Assembly (NCBI GenBank): GCA_046725875.1
Contig: JBKOZJ010000039.1
Location: forward strand, 9,314-73,313
Origin: Actinomycetota bacterium
Lineage (GTDB): Bacteria; Actinomycetota; Actinomycetes; JAKEEW01
Direction: 5' to 3'
Length of the DNA stretch: 64,000 nucleotides
The notes below the pieces were generated by a model that was given only the letters and a program-made list of their open reading frames with translations, was not told the DNA's origin and ran no database searches. Shown in pieces: positions 13,367 through 25,585 of this stretch. Every line of letters starts with the position of its first letter. Position 1 is the stretch's first letter. A program made the translations under genes and the position numbers.

Positions 13367-14146
13367 GTGGCCGAGTTCGTACGTTTCGAGGTTGCGGACG
13401 GCATAGGCACGATCAGGCTCGACCGGCCGCCGATGAATGCGCTCAACGCGGCGGTACAGGAGGAGCTACGGGCCGCGGCGCAGGAGGCCACCGGACGGGC
13501 CGATGTCCGCGCGGTGATCGTCTACGGCGGGGAGAAGGTGTTCGCGGCCGGCGCGGATATCAAGGAGATGGCCGAGATGTCCTATACAGACATGGTCAAC
13601 CGCTCCGGCGCGTTGCAGTCGTCGTTCACCGCCGTCGCCCGCATACCGAAGCCGGTGGTGGCCGCCGTCAACGGGTACGCACTCGGCGGCGGCTGCGAGC
13701 TCGCGATGTGCGCCGACATCAGGATCGCGGCCGCGGACACCAGGCTCGGCCAGCCGGAGATCCTGCTCGGTATCATGCCCGGGGCCGGCGGCACTCAGCG
13801 GCTCTCTCGGCTGGTCGGACCGGCGAAGGCGAAGGACATCGTCTTCACCGGCCGGTTCGTGGATGCCCCGGAGGCGCTTGCAATCGGCCTCGTCGACCGG
13901 GTGGTCCCGGCTGTCGAGGTGTATGCGGCAGCGCGCGAGTGGGCGGAGCAGTTCGTGACCGGGCCGGCGTATGCGCTGCGGGCGGCTAAGGAGGCCGTGG
14001 ACCGCGGTCTGGAGTCCGACCTCGACACCGGCCTGGAGATCGAGCGGCAGCAGTTCGCAGCGCTGTTCGCGACCGAGGACAAGGTCATCGGCTTCCAGTC
14101 ATTCATCGAGCACGGTCCGGGCAAGGCCGTCTTCAAGGGCGCCTGA
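13367..14146 (+). CDS. enoyl-CoA hydratase/isomerase family protein
   Basis: 259 aa from a GTG start after an AGGAGG RBS. Crotonase-fold motifs are present: FAAGADIKEM, AAVNGYALGGGCELAMCADIRIAA. Confidence 0.8.
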   Translation: MAEFVRFEVADGIGTIRLDRPPMNALNAAVQEELRAAAQEATGRADVRAVIVYGGEKVFAAGADIKEMAEMSYTDMVNRSGALQSSFTAVARIPKPVVAAVNGYALGGGCELAMCADIRIAAADTRLGQPEILLGIMPGAGGTQRLSRLVGPAKAKDIVFTGRFVDAPEALAIGLVDRVVPAVEVYAAAREWAEQFVTGPAYALRAAKEAVDRGLESDLDTGLEIERQQFAALFATEDKVIGFQSFIEHGPGKAVFKGA

Positions 14147-14154
14147 CCGTGCAG

Positions 14155-14236
14155 ATGAACGGCACATTCAGTCGAAAGGTTCGACTCAACGTGCCGTTCA
14201 TTCCACCTGAGTTCGACTGATTGTGCCGTTGATACC
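14155..14236. repeat. palindromic intergenic element (GAACGGCAC.TTC / GAA.GTGCCGTTC arms), copy 1 of 3
   Basis: ATGAACGGCACATTCAgtcgaaaggttcgacTCAACGTGCCGTTCATTC lies 9 nt after the echA stop. It is followed by an extra half-site, ttcgactgattGTGCCGTTga. Related copies are at 36367 and 41040. Confidence 0.5.
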
Positions 14237-14314
14237 AACGTGGGTCGGCGAAACGCCGACGCCCGACCTGGGCGGCGGCTGGCGGTGTGCGCATGTGACG
14301 TGACGGGTGAGGAC

Positions 14315-15247
14315 ATGGTGAATGCCCGGGAGATCGAGGCGGCGTGGTCAAATCCGAAACTCGCAAATGTCGTCTATCACGATTGGGAAGCGACCACCTA
14401 CGACGAGAAGTGGTCGATCTCCTTTGACGAGCGCTGCATCTCCTATGCCCGAGACCGCTTCGTCGCCGTCGCCGGCGCCGAGGGCTGGCCCTATCAGCGT
14501 GCCCTCGAGATCGGCTGTGGCACCGGCTTCTTCCTGCTCAACCTCAAGCAGGCAGGCGCCCTCGGCGAGGGCCACGTCACCGACATCAGCCCCGGGATGG
14601 TCTCGGCCGCACGGCGCAACGCGTCCATGCTGGGGTACCGCATCGAGGGCAGGGTGGCTGATGCAGAGTCGATCCCGTACAACGACGCCACATTCGACCT
14701 GGTGATCGGGCACGCGGTGCTGCACCATATTCCAGATGTGCAGCGCGCGTTCCGGGAGATGCTGCGGGTGCTCAAGCCGGGTGGCCGGTTCGTCATCGCC
14801 GGCGAACCCACCATCTGGGGAGACCGGATCGCCCGGCGGCTTTCTCGAGCGACCTGGTGGCTCACTACCCGGATGACCCACCTGCAGCCGGTGCGGGAGC
14901 GCTGGTCGAGGCCGGCTGAGGAGCTCGACGAGTCGTCGCGGGCGGCCGCGCTGGAGGCCGTGGTCGACCTGCACACCTTCGATCCGGGCGAACTGGCGCA
15001 CATGGCCCGGCGGGCGGGGGCGGCCGACGTGCAAACCGTGACGGAGGAGCTCACCGCTGCATGGTTCGGCTGGCCGGTACGCACCTTCGAGGCCGCGGTT
15101 AACCCCGAGCGGCTCGGCTGGGGGTGGGCGAACTTCGCATACACCTCGTGGCTCGGACTGTCCGCGCTCGACCGCCGGCTCGCCCGCTTTGTCCCGTCGT
15201 GGCTCTACTACAACCTCTCCATCACCGGCCGGAGGCCAACCGCATGA
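14315..15247 (+). CDS. class I SAM-dependent methyltransferase
   Basis: Carries motif I (LEIGCGTGFFLLNL) and a post-I region (VLKPGGRFVIAGEP). The start is placed at the ATG after a GGTGAGGAC RBS; the track ORF begins at 14240. Confidence 0.7.
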   Translation: MVNAREIEAAWSNPKLANVVYHDWEATTYDEKWSISFDERCISYARDRFVAVAGAEGWPYQRALEIGCGTGFFLLNLKQAGALGEGHVTDISPGMVSAARRNASMLGYRIEGRVADAESIPYNDATFDLVIGHAVLHHIPDVQRAFREMLRVLKPGGRFVIAGEPTIWGDRIARRLSRATWWLTTRMTHLQPVRERWSRPAEELDESSRAAALEAVVDLHTFDPGELAHMARRAGAADVQTVTEELTAAWFGWPVRTFEAAVNPERLGWGWANFAYTSWLGLSALDRRLARFVPSWLYYNLSITGRRPTA

Positions 15248-15301
15248 AGGGGGAACCCCGCCTCGACAGGTCCGATTCAAGGTGCCCCCACGCGAGAGCG
15301 G

Positions 15302-16453
15302 TCAGCCGATGCGGAGCGTGGCGATGTGGCCAAGGTGGTCGGACGGCCAGAGGCCGTCAGGTGTCCGGTTGCGGGGGTCGTTGCCCACGAGGTTGGACTT
15401 GATCGGCTTGATACCGTCGCCGCGGAACATGACCATGTCGATCCGGTTTTCGAGGTCGTCCGCCGGCTCGTTCAGGTCGTCACCGAGGCCCGAGGTGAAC
15501 CCGGGGTCGCCGGGATGCAGAATCGGCCAAGTGTCGATGAATCCTCCCGCAACCAGCGCGAGGTAAGCCAGCCGGTTCGCCGGCACCGGCAAGTCCGGCC
15601 CACTGTTGATGTCCCCGACGAGCACGAGCCGGCCCGCCGTGTTGAGCGGCCCGGCGAGCAGCTCTTGGGCCTGCAGGAGCCGGATGCCCGGATGGAACGC
15701 CTCCAGGTGGGTGTTGACGAAGCGGAACGTGTCGTTCTTCGCCGTCACGTCGACCGACGTCCAGCCTCGGGTGCTGACGAAGGTGCTTCCCGTAGCCGCG
15801 ACCGGGATGGCCAGGTTGCTGGCGAAATGCGCACCGCTTGCGGCTGAGAGCTCGAGATGTGCGCCGTGCCGTACAAGAATCACGTCCCGCATCGTGAGCC
15901 GGATATCTTGGAAATAGGGGGCACCCGCCGGGGCTTCCAGGTCAGCCTCGCTCTGGCTCACGACCACGTCATACGGATGACCGGCCGCTCTCAGTTCGGC
16001 AATCAGGAGCGCGAGGTAGTCGTACACCAGATTCGTGGCCGGGGCGGGATTGTTGAACACCCCGGTTCGCCACAACGCGGCCTCCTGCAGGCCCACCAGG
16101 TCGGGCTTGGCGTGCACGATCTCGCTAGCCAGGAGCTCGGCTCGATCCGGAAAGCTCACCTGCTGCACGTGCGTCCAGATCGCCGAGGTAGCAGCGAGGA
16201 ATTGCGGCAGCGTGGGTGCCGTGATGGCCGGGTTCAGATCAGCGCCCAGGTAAAGGTTTCGAGTCATCACGGTGACCGGCGCCTTCCCCGGTGCGGCCGA
16301 ATCACCGTCCGCGGATGCGGCCGGCGCAACGACGTATACAAAGACGGTCGCAAGCGCAGCGGCCAGTGCGGCCAGTGCTCGCCGTCGGCCCGTCCCGGAG
16401 GTCTTCCCTGGGGGGTTAAAGCTGCGCCGAAGCGATAACTGGAACCTCATCAT
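15302..16453 (-). CDS. secreted endonuclease/exonuclease/phosphatase (EEP) family protein
   Basis: 383 aa. The N-terminal signal peptide has an RRRALAAL stretch, possibly Tat. Downstream EEP-fold motifs include LVGLQEA, VNTHLEA, GDINSG and WPSDHLG. Confidence 0.7.
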   Translation of the reverse strand: MMRFQLSLRRSFNPPGKTSGTGRRRALAALAAALATVFVYVVAPAASADGDSAAPGKAPVTVMTRNLYLGADLNPAITAPTLPQFLAATSAIWTHVQQVSFPDRAELLASEIVHAKPDLVGLQEAALWRTGVFNNPAPATNLVYDYLALLIAELRAAGHPYDVVVSQSEADLEAPAGAPYFQDIRLTMRDVILVRHGAHLELSAASGAHFASNLAIPVAATGSTFVSTRGWTSVDVTAKNDTFRFVNTHLEAFHPGIRLLQAQELLAGPLNTAGRLVLVGDINSGPDLPVPANRLAYLALVAGGFIDTWPILHPGDPGFTSGLGDDLNEPADDLENRIDMVMFRGDGIKPIKSNLVGNDPRNRTPDGLWPSDHLGHIATLRIG

Positions 16454-16646
16454 CAGAGCGAAGCCTCCGTCCTCCCGTCACGTGGCGGCCGCTGAGTGCG
16501 GGGTCAGAGCCACCGGGCGTTTCTCGCTTGCCCACGGGATCGTCGGTGATCGTCAGGTGTCCGGATCGTATCGGTTGCGCACTCGATCGGGGGAGGGCGC
16601 GAGCTCGATTCCGCCAAACCAGCAAGCGCGGGTAGCGTGGCGCCCC

Positions 16647-17423
16647 ATGGTTGGCACCGGGCAGCCTCGGCAGGCCAGGGTGCTCACGTGGGCGTCGCTG
16701 CGCTGGATCATTAGGCATCGCGCGTGGACCCCCTACCACCTGGTCCGCTACCTTCGCTACGCCCGGCTGCGCCTCACTAAACCGCAGATCACAACCGAGG
16801 GCCTCGTCTTTCTCGGTCGGGGTGTGGAGTTGTACGCGCGACGCGGCTACGGGCGCCTGATCATCGGCCCGCTTGCGCACATCGGCGACTGTGCGGCAGT
16901 GCGGGCGCACGAGGGGACGGTGCGGATCGGGGAGAAGGCGGTGCTCGCGGCCGGGGTAACCATCAACTCCTACATGCACGTCGAGATCGGCGCGGCCACC
17001 CTGATCGGCGATGATGTGTACATCTGCGACTTCGACCACAGGTACGAGGCGCTCGACCGGCCGATCAAGGACCAGGGGATCGTCAAGGCGCCGGTGCGAA
17101 TCGGAGCGGATGTCTGGCTCGGCACCAAGACGACCGTCTTGCGCGGCGTCGATGTCGGCACCGGATGCGTCGTCGGTGCGAACAGCGTGGTGACCCGGGA
17201 CCTACCGCCTTACTCGGTGGCCGCCGGCGTGCCCGCGGCCGTACTTAAGCGCCGGATCTCGCAGCCCGAGCCTGCCCCATTCGAGCCTGTGCCGCCCGAG
17301 CCCCGCCCGCTCGGGCCCGCCCGGCTCGAGTCCGCCCGGCCGGAGCTTTCTCAGGACAAGCGGGCTCGGCAGGCCACCATCGGACCGGGTGACGGTGCGG
17401 CGCCAAACGTTGGCTACTGGTAA
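16647..17423 (+). CDS. hexapeptide-repeat (LbH) acyl/acetyltransferase
   Basis: Left-handed beta-helix hexapeptide repeats are present (IGDDVYICDFDH, IGADVWLGTKTTVLRGVDVGTGCVVGANSVV). The start is set at MVGTGQP because the upstream part of track ORF 16272.. overlaps the divergent EEP gene. Confidence 0.65.
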   Translation: MVGTGQPRQARVLTWASLRWIIRHRAWTPYHLVRYLRYARLRLTKPQITTEGLVFLGRGVELYARRGYGRLIIGPLAHIGDCAAVRAHEGTVRIGEKAVLAAGVTINSYMHVEIGAATLIGDDVYICDFDHRYEALDRPIKDQGIVKAPVRIGADVWLGTKTTVLRGVDVGTGCVVGANSVVTRDLPPYSVAAGVPAAVLKRRISQPEPAPFEPVPPEPRPLGPARLESARPELSQDKRARQATIGPGDGAAPNVGYW

Positions 17424-17535
17424 GTAACATTGCCCAGGACTGGGCCGATTTGCCTTGTCGGGCAGGTTCGCTGGCAAGCTTCGTTACGGCCCGTTCGCAG
17501 CGCACACGCCAGGATTTGGAGGTCGGCCACCGGCC

Positions 17536-18315
17536 ATGAAGATCGTCGTCTGTGTCAAGCAGGTACCCGACACCGCCCAGGAACGCCGGCTCGACCCCGC
17601 GGACAAGACTCTCGACCGGGAAGCGGTCGACGGGGTTCTCAACGAGCTTGACGAATACGCCGTGGAGGAGGCGCTGCGCCTCGCCGAAGCGACCGGGGGT
17701 GAGGTGACGGTCCTTTCGATGGGGCCCGAGCGGGCCCGAGAGACCGTACTCAAGGCGCTGCAGATGGGCGTGGACCGCGGCGTACTTCTCCTCGATGACG
17801 CACTTGCCGGGTCGGACGCCGTCGCGACCTCATATGCGCTGGCTATGGCCCTCGGCACGCTCGAGTACGACTTGGTGGTTTTCGGGTCGGAGTCGACCGA
17901 CGCGCGGACATCACTGGTGCCGGCGATGGTCGCCGAGCGGCTGGGCCTGCCGCAGCTCACCTACGCCGCCAAGGTCGACCTCGACGGCGCGACCGTGCGG
18001 ATCCAGCGGCAGACCGAGGACGGCTACCGCGTCGTCGAGGGGACGATGCCGGCGGTCATCGCCGTGGTCGAGAAGATCAACGAGCCGCGTTACCCGTCGT
18101 TCAAAGGGATCATGGCAGCCAAGAAGAAGCCGCTCGACACTCTGACCGTGCCCGAGGCGGACATCGACCCCGCCATGGTCGGTCTCGCGGCGTCGACCAC
18201 CACGGTCGACGATTTCGCCGCGCGGCCGCCCCGGTCGGCCGGCACGATCATAAAGGACGAGGGCGACGGGGGCAGCAAGCTCGCCGACTTCCTCACCGAG
18301 CAGAAGTTCATCTGA
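17536..18315 (+). CDS. etfB: electron transfer flavoprotein beta subunit
   Basis: [12 protein letters not shown]... is the canonical EtfB/FixA N-terminus (260 aa). It lies immediately upstream of etfA. Confidence 0.9.
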   Translation: MKIVVCVKQVPDTAQERRLDPADKTLDREAVDGVLNELDEYAVEEALRLAEATGGEVTVLSMGPERARETVLKALQMGVDRGVLLLDDALAGSDAVATSYALAMALGTLEYDLVVFGSESTDARTSLVPAMVAERLGLPQLTYAAKVDLDGATVRIQRQTEDGYRVVEGTMPAVIAVVEKINEPRYPSFKGIMAAKKKPLDTLTVPEADIDPAMVGLAASTTTVDDFAARPPRSAGTIIKDEGDGGSKLADFLTEQKFI

Positions 18316-18326
18316 GAGGGCCGACG

Positions 18327-19286
18327 ATGGGTGACATCCTCGTTCTGGTAGAACACGATGCCGGCGCGGTCAAGAAGGTCACGCTCGAGCTCCTGACCGC
18401 CGCGCGAACACTCGGCACGCCGGCCGCCGTCCTCGTCGGGCCGGGTTTCGACGCGGCCCAGCCGCGGCTCGGGGAGTACGGGGCCGCGAAGGTGTACGTC
18501 GCCGAGGCGCCCGAACTGTCTGAGTATGTGGTGGCGCCGACGGCTGAACTGCTGGCCTCCCTGGTCCGTACGTCCTCGCCGGACGCGGTGCTCGTCGCAT
18601 CGACCGCGGACGGCAAGGAGATCGCTGCGCGGTTGGCATTGAAGATCGACTCGGGTGTGCTGACCGACGCCGTGAGCATCGACGACGGTTTTGTGGCCGA
18701 GCAATCGATCTTTGGCGGCTCGACCATTGTCCACTCCCGCGTCATCAAGGGTGTGCCGATCATCACCATGCGGCCCAATGCGACGGCGCCGGTGCCGGCC
18801 GACGCTCCCGGCGCGGCCGAGCGGGCGGACGTGTCCGCCGACCTGCCGGAGTCCGCCCGGAAGGCCAAGGTCGTGGATCGGGTCGTGGTCGAGAAGAGCT
18901 CCCGCCCAGAGCTCACCGAGGCCGCGATCGTGGTATCGGGCGGGCGGGGGGTGGGCTCGGCCGAGAACTTCTCGTTGATCGAGGAGCTGGCCGATGTGCT
19001 CGGAGCTGCAGTCGGCGCCTCCCGCGCGGCCACCGACGCCGGTTGGTATCCACACCAGCACCAGGTCGGCCAGACCGGCAAGACTGTGGCGCCGCAGCTC
19101 TACATCGCCTGCGGAATCTCGGGAGCGATCCAGCACCGGGCCGGCATGCAGACCTCGAAGACGATCGTGGCGATCAACAAGGACCCGGAGGCGCCGATCT
19201 TCGAGCTCGTCGACTTCGGTGTCGTCGGCGACCTGCACCAGGTTGTGCCTCAGCTCACTGCCGAGATCCGCCGCCGCAAGGCGTGA
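18327..19286 (+). CDS. etfA: electron transfer flavoprotein alpha subunit
   Basis: 319 aa. The FAD-binding C-terminal motifs [19 protein letters not shown] and [12 protein letters not shown] are present. Confidence 0.9.
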   Translation: MGDILVLVEHDAGAVKKVTLELLTAARTLGTPAAVLVGPGFDAAQPRLGEYGAAKVYVAEAPELSEYVVAPTAELLASLVRTSSPDAVLVASTADGKEIAARLALKIDSGVLTDAVSIDDGFVAEQSIFGGSTIVHSRVIKGVPIITMRPNATAPVPADAPGAAERADVSADLPESARKAKVVDRVVVEKSSRPELTEAAIVVSGGRGVGSAENFSLIEELADVLGAAVGASRAATDAGWYPHQHQVGQTGKTVAPQLYIACGISGAIQHRAGMQTSKTIVAINKDPEAPIFELVDFGVVGDLHQVVPQLTAEIRRRKA

Positions 19287-19607
19287 CCGGGCCGCGCCCA
19301 GCTAGTGTCCCTCGCCACAAATTCGCCGCATATCTCCGCAGCCGGGCGACGCCTCGCCGCGTTCTCGTCGTCGCCGTTAGCGCTGCTAGCGGCTCCTCCT
19401 CGGCCTTGCGATGCATACACCTGGCCACGAATCTATGCGCCGAATTCCTGGGCTCGGCACACTAGAACCGCCTCGAGCGATCAACTGCGATGTTCTCGGC
19501 GCCGTGCGCAGAGCGGCTGCGTACTCGCCCCGAAGATCAAAAGCTGCTCGTGACCAGATTTCGCCGGTCGTTCCCATTCCTGCCCGCCGACTACGCTGGC
19601 TGACGAG

Positions 19608-20798
19608 ATGGCTTACCTAGATCACGCGGCGACGACGCCCATGCTCCCCGAGGCGATCGAAGTCATGACGGAGCAGCTCGGGCGGGTTGGTAACGCCTCG
19701 TCGCTGCACTGCTCCGGCCGAACCGCCCGCCGAGTTGTAGAGGAGGGCCGGGAGGCCGTCGCGGGGGCGCTCGGCGCTCGCCCATCCGAGGTCGTTTTCA
19801 CCGGTGGCGGGACCGAGGCGGACAACCTAGCCATCAAGGGCATTTACTGGGCGCGCCGGGCTGAGGACCGCCGCCGGCACCGGGTGATCGTGTCGGCCGT
19901 CGAGCACCATGCGGTGCTCGATCCGGCACGATGGCTCGGCGAGCGCGAAGGCGCGGAGGTCGAGCTGCTGCCCGTAGATCGGCTTGGCCGGGTCCATCCC
20001 GAGACGCTCGCGGAGGCGATCGAGCGGGACCCGGCTTCGGTCGCGCTCGTCTCGATTATGTGGGCGAACAACGAGGTAGGCACCGTCCAGCCGATTATCG
20101 AGTTGGTAGAGATCGCCCACTCCCACGGCATTCCAATCCACTCCGACGCCATCCAGGCGATCGGCCAGATACCGGTCGACTTCGGGGCGAGTGGGATCGA
20201 CGCGATGACGGTCACCGGTCACAAGATCGGCGGGCCGGTCGGCGTCGGTGCCCTGCTGCTCGCGCACGACCTCCTGCCGGTGCCACTGCTGCATGGCGGT
20301 GGCCAGGAGCGCGACATCCGCTCCGGGACGCTCGACACACCCGCGATCGCCGCGTTGGGCGTCGCCGCCGAGCTTTCGGTCAAGCGCCAGCCCGAGCACG
20401 CCGAGCAGCTCGCCCGGCTTCGTGACGATCTCATACGCCGGGTGACCGAAACCGTTCCGAACGCCGTACTCCATGGGGATCTCAGCCTGGCACCGGGGGC
20501 ACGGCTGCCCGGCAACGCGCACTTCTCGTTCCCAGGATGCGAGGGCGATGCCCTGCTGATGCTCCTCGACGCGCGCGGAGTCGAATGCTCGACCGGCTCG
20601 GCCTGCTCGGCCGGGGTCGCCGAGCCAAGCCATGTCCTGCTCGCGATGGGGCAGGTCGAGGAGCGCGCCCGTGGATCGCTTCGCTTCACTCTCGGCCACA
20701 CATCGACCTCGGCGGATATCGATGGGCTGATCGATGCACTCCCCACCGCCGTCGAGCGCGCGCGCCGGGCCGGCCTCACCACCGTGGGGATCCGGTGA
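19608..20798 (+). CDS. iscS: cysteine desulfurase (NifS/IscS family, class V aminotransferase)
   Basis: 396 aa. Includes [11 protein letters not shown], the PLP-lysine region [17 protein letters not shown] and the active-site Cys loop (STGSACSAG). It is immediately followed by, and overlaps, mnmA. Confidence 0.85.
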   Translation: MAYLDHAATTPMLPEAIEVMTEQLGRVGNASSLHCSGRTARRVVEEGREAVAGALGARPSEVVFTGGGTEADNLAIKGIYWARRAEDRRRHRVIVSAVEHHAVLDPARWLGEREGAEVELLPVDRLGRVHPETLAEAIERDPASVALVSIMWANNEVGTVQPIIELVEIAHSHGIPIHSDAIQAIGQIPVDFGASGIDAMTVTGHKIGGPVGVGALLLAHDLLPVPLLHGGGQERDIRSGTLDTPAIAALGVAAELSVKRQPEHAEQLARLRDDLIRRVTETVPNAVLHGDLSLAPGARLPGNAHFSFPGCEGDALLMLLDARGVECSTGSACSAGVAEPSHVLLAMGQVEERARGSLRFTLGHTSTSADIDGLIDALPTAVERARRAGLTTVGIR

Positions 20799-21901
20799 CC
20801 GGGGAGCCGAGACCGTTGCGGGTGCTCGCGGCGATGTCCGGCGGTGTCGACTCGGCGGTCGCCGCGGCCCGGGCGGTGGAAGCTGGGCATGATGTGGTTG
20901 GAGTGCATTTGGCCCTGTCGAGCAACCCCACGTCCTTTCGAAGCGGCGCGCGCGGCTGCTGCACGCTCGAGGACGCGCGTGATGCTCGCCGCGCCGCGGA
21001 CGTGATCGGCATTCCCTTCTATGTGTGGGACCTCGCCGAGCGGTTCCGAGCAGACGTGATCGAGGACTTCGTGGCGGAGTACGCCGCAGGTCGCACGCCA
21101 AACCCTTGCTTGCGCTGCAACGAGAAGATCAAGTTTGCTGCGGTCTTGGATCGTGCGCTCGCGCTTGGCTTCGGTGCGCTGTGCACCGGCCATTACGCGA
21201 AGATCGTGGAGACTGCAGACGGGCGCCGCGAGCTGCATCGGTCGGCCGATCTGGAGAAGGATCAGTCCTACGTCCTCGGCGTGCTCACCGCGGAGCAGCT
21301 GGCCGGCGCGATGTTCCCGCTGGGTGAGGCGACGAAACCGGAGGTCCGGGCCGAGGCGGCGCGCCGGGGGCTAGCCGTCGCGGACAAGCCCGACAGCCAC
21401 GACATTTGCTTCATCGCCGACGGCGATACCGCCGGCTTCCTGAACCGCACGCTCGGTACAGCGCCTGGGGACATCGTGGACCACACGGGCGCCGTCGTGG
21501 GCCGGCACCAGGGTGCGCACACGTACACCATCGGCCAGCGGCGCGGAATCCGCCTTGGCCGACCCGCGCCGGATGGAAAGCCCCGCTATGTGCTCGATAT
21601 CTCGCCGGTGAACCGCACGGTAACCGTCGGTCCGGCCGAACTGCTCGACGTCGACGAGGTGGTCGGTCTGCAGGCCCGGTGGTGTGGTGCGCCCCCGGCC
21701 GGCGACGTTGACTGCGTAGCACAGCTCCGCGCCCACGGCGAAACATTCCCGGCCCGCGCGGTGCACGAGGGCGACGGGCTCCGGGTCCGCCTGTCCAGCC
21801 CGGCACGCGGCGTCGCACCCGGTCAGGCGATCGTGCTCTACGAGGGCACCAGGGTGATCGGTTCGGCCACCATCGCAGCCACCGCGCGAAGTGCGGCCTG
21901 A
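20795..21901 (+). CDS. mnmA: tRNA-specific 2-thiouridylase MnmA
   Basis: Carries the PP-loop [14 protein letters not shown] plus [10 protein letters not shown] and CTGHYA. The GTG start overlaps the iscS stop as GTGA; an alternative ATG is 13 codons downstream. Confidence 0.85.
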   Translation: MTGEPRPLRVLAAMSGGVDSAVAAARAVEAGHDVVGVHLALSSNPTSFRSGARGCCTLEDARDARRAADVIGIPFYVWDLAERFRADVIEDFVAEYAAGRTPNPCLRCNEKIKFAAVLDRALALGFGALCTGHYAKIVETADGRRELHRSADLEKDQSYVLGVLTAEQLAGAMFPLGEATKPEVRAEAARRGLAVADKPDSHDICFIADGDTAGFLNRTLGTAPGDIVDHTGAVVGRHQGAHTYTIGQRRGIRLGRPAPDGKPRYVLDISPVNRTVTVGPAELLDVDEVVGLQARWCGAPPAGDVDCVAQLRAHGETFPARAVHEGDGLRVRLSSPARGVAPGQAIVLYEGTRVIGSATIAATARSAA

Positions 21902-22955
21902 TCCGAGGACCTCACTGGCGGGAACTACCCTGCACCGTATGGCCGCCGATCTGGGTCAGTGGAACGCCCGCGGGGCAACAGGTATCGGGTCGCACCCTGG
22001 AACCGATCCTCGCGAGGCGGTGGCGGTCGTCCTGGGCGAGCTGCCCGACTTCCCGTACCTGCCCGAGTTGCCCGGTCGCGGACCCGGCGCCGACCTGATC
22101 GGCCGGGCTGCAGCGCTCCTGGTGGAAATGCCGGTGGAGGCGGTGCCGACCGGCTGGCGGTTCACCCATCGTTCCGGCCGGGACATGACGCGCGCGGGTG
22201 GCTGGCTCTCTGACGACCTGGACGTGCTCGAGGAGCGGGCCGCCGGTTATGAAGGTCCGCTCAAAATCCAGATCGCCGGGCCGTGGACCCTCGCGGCGTC
22301 CGTCGAGCTCCGCTACGGCGACAAGGCGCTGGCCGATCCAGGGGCTGCCCGCGACATCGCCGCGTCGCTCGGCGAGGGCCTGCGGCTCCATGTCGCGGAT
22401 GTGCGCAAACGCCTGCCCGCTACCGACCTCGTCGTCCAGATCGATGAGCCGTCGCTGCCGGCCGTAGTAGCCGGAACCGTTCCGACCGCCAGCGGTTTCG
22501 GCGCACTGAGCGCCGTAGAGGAGCAGGTAGCCAGGACTGCGCTCGCTGACGTGATCGCCGCCGTCGCCGGGCCGACCGTTGTCCACTCCTGCTCGGCTGC
22601 GCTTCCTGTCGACTTGTGTGTACGGGCTGGGGCAGCGGCGGTGTCGATCGATTTCGGGCTCGTCGGCACTCTCGCCGAGGACGAGCTTGCCGCAGCACTT
22701 GAGTCAGGCATCCGGCTGCTTGCCGGAGTTGTTCCGTCGACCGATGCGGAACTGTCGCCGCCAGCCGATACCGTCGACCCCCTACGACACTGGTGGCGGC
22801 GGCTCGGCTTCCTGCCGGACACGCTTGCTGAGTCGGTGATCATGACTCCGACCTGCGGGCTGGCTGGCGCGAGCCCGAGCTACGCGCGCGCGGCTCTGCA
22901 GCATTGCCGCGAGGCCGCCCGGGTGCTGGCCGAGGCACCCGAGGCCGCCGACTGA
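21891..22955 (+). CDS. cobalamin-independent methionine synthase (MetE C-terminal-domain)-like protein
   Basis: 354 aa. The C-terminal region [28 protein letters not shown] looks like a MetE/UROD fold. Its position between mnmA and ligA matches a conserved actinobacterial arrangement. The start could be later, since the ORF overlaps the mnmA end by 11 nt. Confidence 0.6.
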   Translation: MRPDPRTSLAGTTLHRMAADLGQWNARGATGIGSHPGTDPREAVAVVLGELPDFPYLPELPGRGPGADLIGRAAALLVEMPVEAVPTGWRFTHRSGRDMTRAGGWLSDDLDVLEERAAGYEGPLKIQIAGPWTLAASVELRYGDKALADPGAARDIAASLGEGLRLHVADVRKRLPATDLVVQIDEPSLPAVVAGTVPTASGFGALSAVEEQVARTALADVIAAVAGPTVVHSCSAALPVDLCVRAGAAAVSIDFGLVGTLAEDELAAALESGIRLLAGVVPSTDAELSPPADTVDPLRHWWRRLGFLPDTLAESVIMTPTCGLAGASPSYARAALQHCREAARVLAEAPEAAD

Positions 22956-25046
<2,091 letters not shown>

Positions 25047-25237
25047 AACGGTCCGTGCTCCAATCTCATTGGTGGACAGAGCCCTTCTACGAGATCGCGG
25101 TTGGATAGGGGCTCTTCTACAGGCTCCCTCACCCCCCGAGCGCGGGCGGTTGCCGACTTATTGCGGTGAAGCGCGCGTTGCCGGGTCCTAGGCTGGTTCA
25201 GGAGATCCTGACGCGTTACCGCGCAGAGAGTCATCCC

Positions 25238-25265
25238 AACCCAGCCCTCCTAGGATGGCTGGGTT
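25238..25265. promoter_or_regulatory. perfect 9-bp inverted repeat hairpin (AACCCAGCC-n10-GGCTGGGTT) 26 nt upstream of the gatC start
   Basis: Read directly from the sequence. It lies just upstream of the AAGGAG RBS of gatC. Confidence 0.2.
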
Positions 25266-25291
25266 CCCGAGGAAACAAGGAGCGGCGAACC

Positions 25292-25585
25292 ATGGCCATT
25301 ACCCGTGCCGAGGTGGCGCACTTGGCGAAGCTCGCCCGGATGCAGCTGACTGACGCCGACCTCGATCACTTCGCCGGCCAACTCGACGTGATCATCGGTG
25401 CGGTGGCTCGGGTCTCCGAAGTGGCGGCCGACGACATTCCGCCGACGTCCCACTCCGTGCCGCTGACCAACGTCTTCCGCGCCGACGAGGTGCAACCGGC
25501 CCTTGACCAGGCCGAGGTGCTGGCAGGCGCGCCGGCGGCCGAAGACGGCCGGTTCCGGGTGCCTCGCATCCTGGACGAGGGGTGA
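25292..25585 (+). CDS. gatC: Asp-tRNA(Asn)/Glu-tRNA(Gln) amidotransferase subunit C
   Basis: 97 aa reading [32 protein letters not shown], after an AAGGAG RBS. The stop overlaps the gatA start as ATGA. Confidence 0.85.
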   Translation: MAITRAEVAHLAKLARMQLTDADLDHFAGQLDVIIGAVARVSEVAADDIPPTSHSVPLTNVFRADEVQPALDQAEVLAGAPAAEDGRFRVPRILDEG

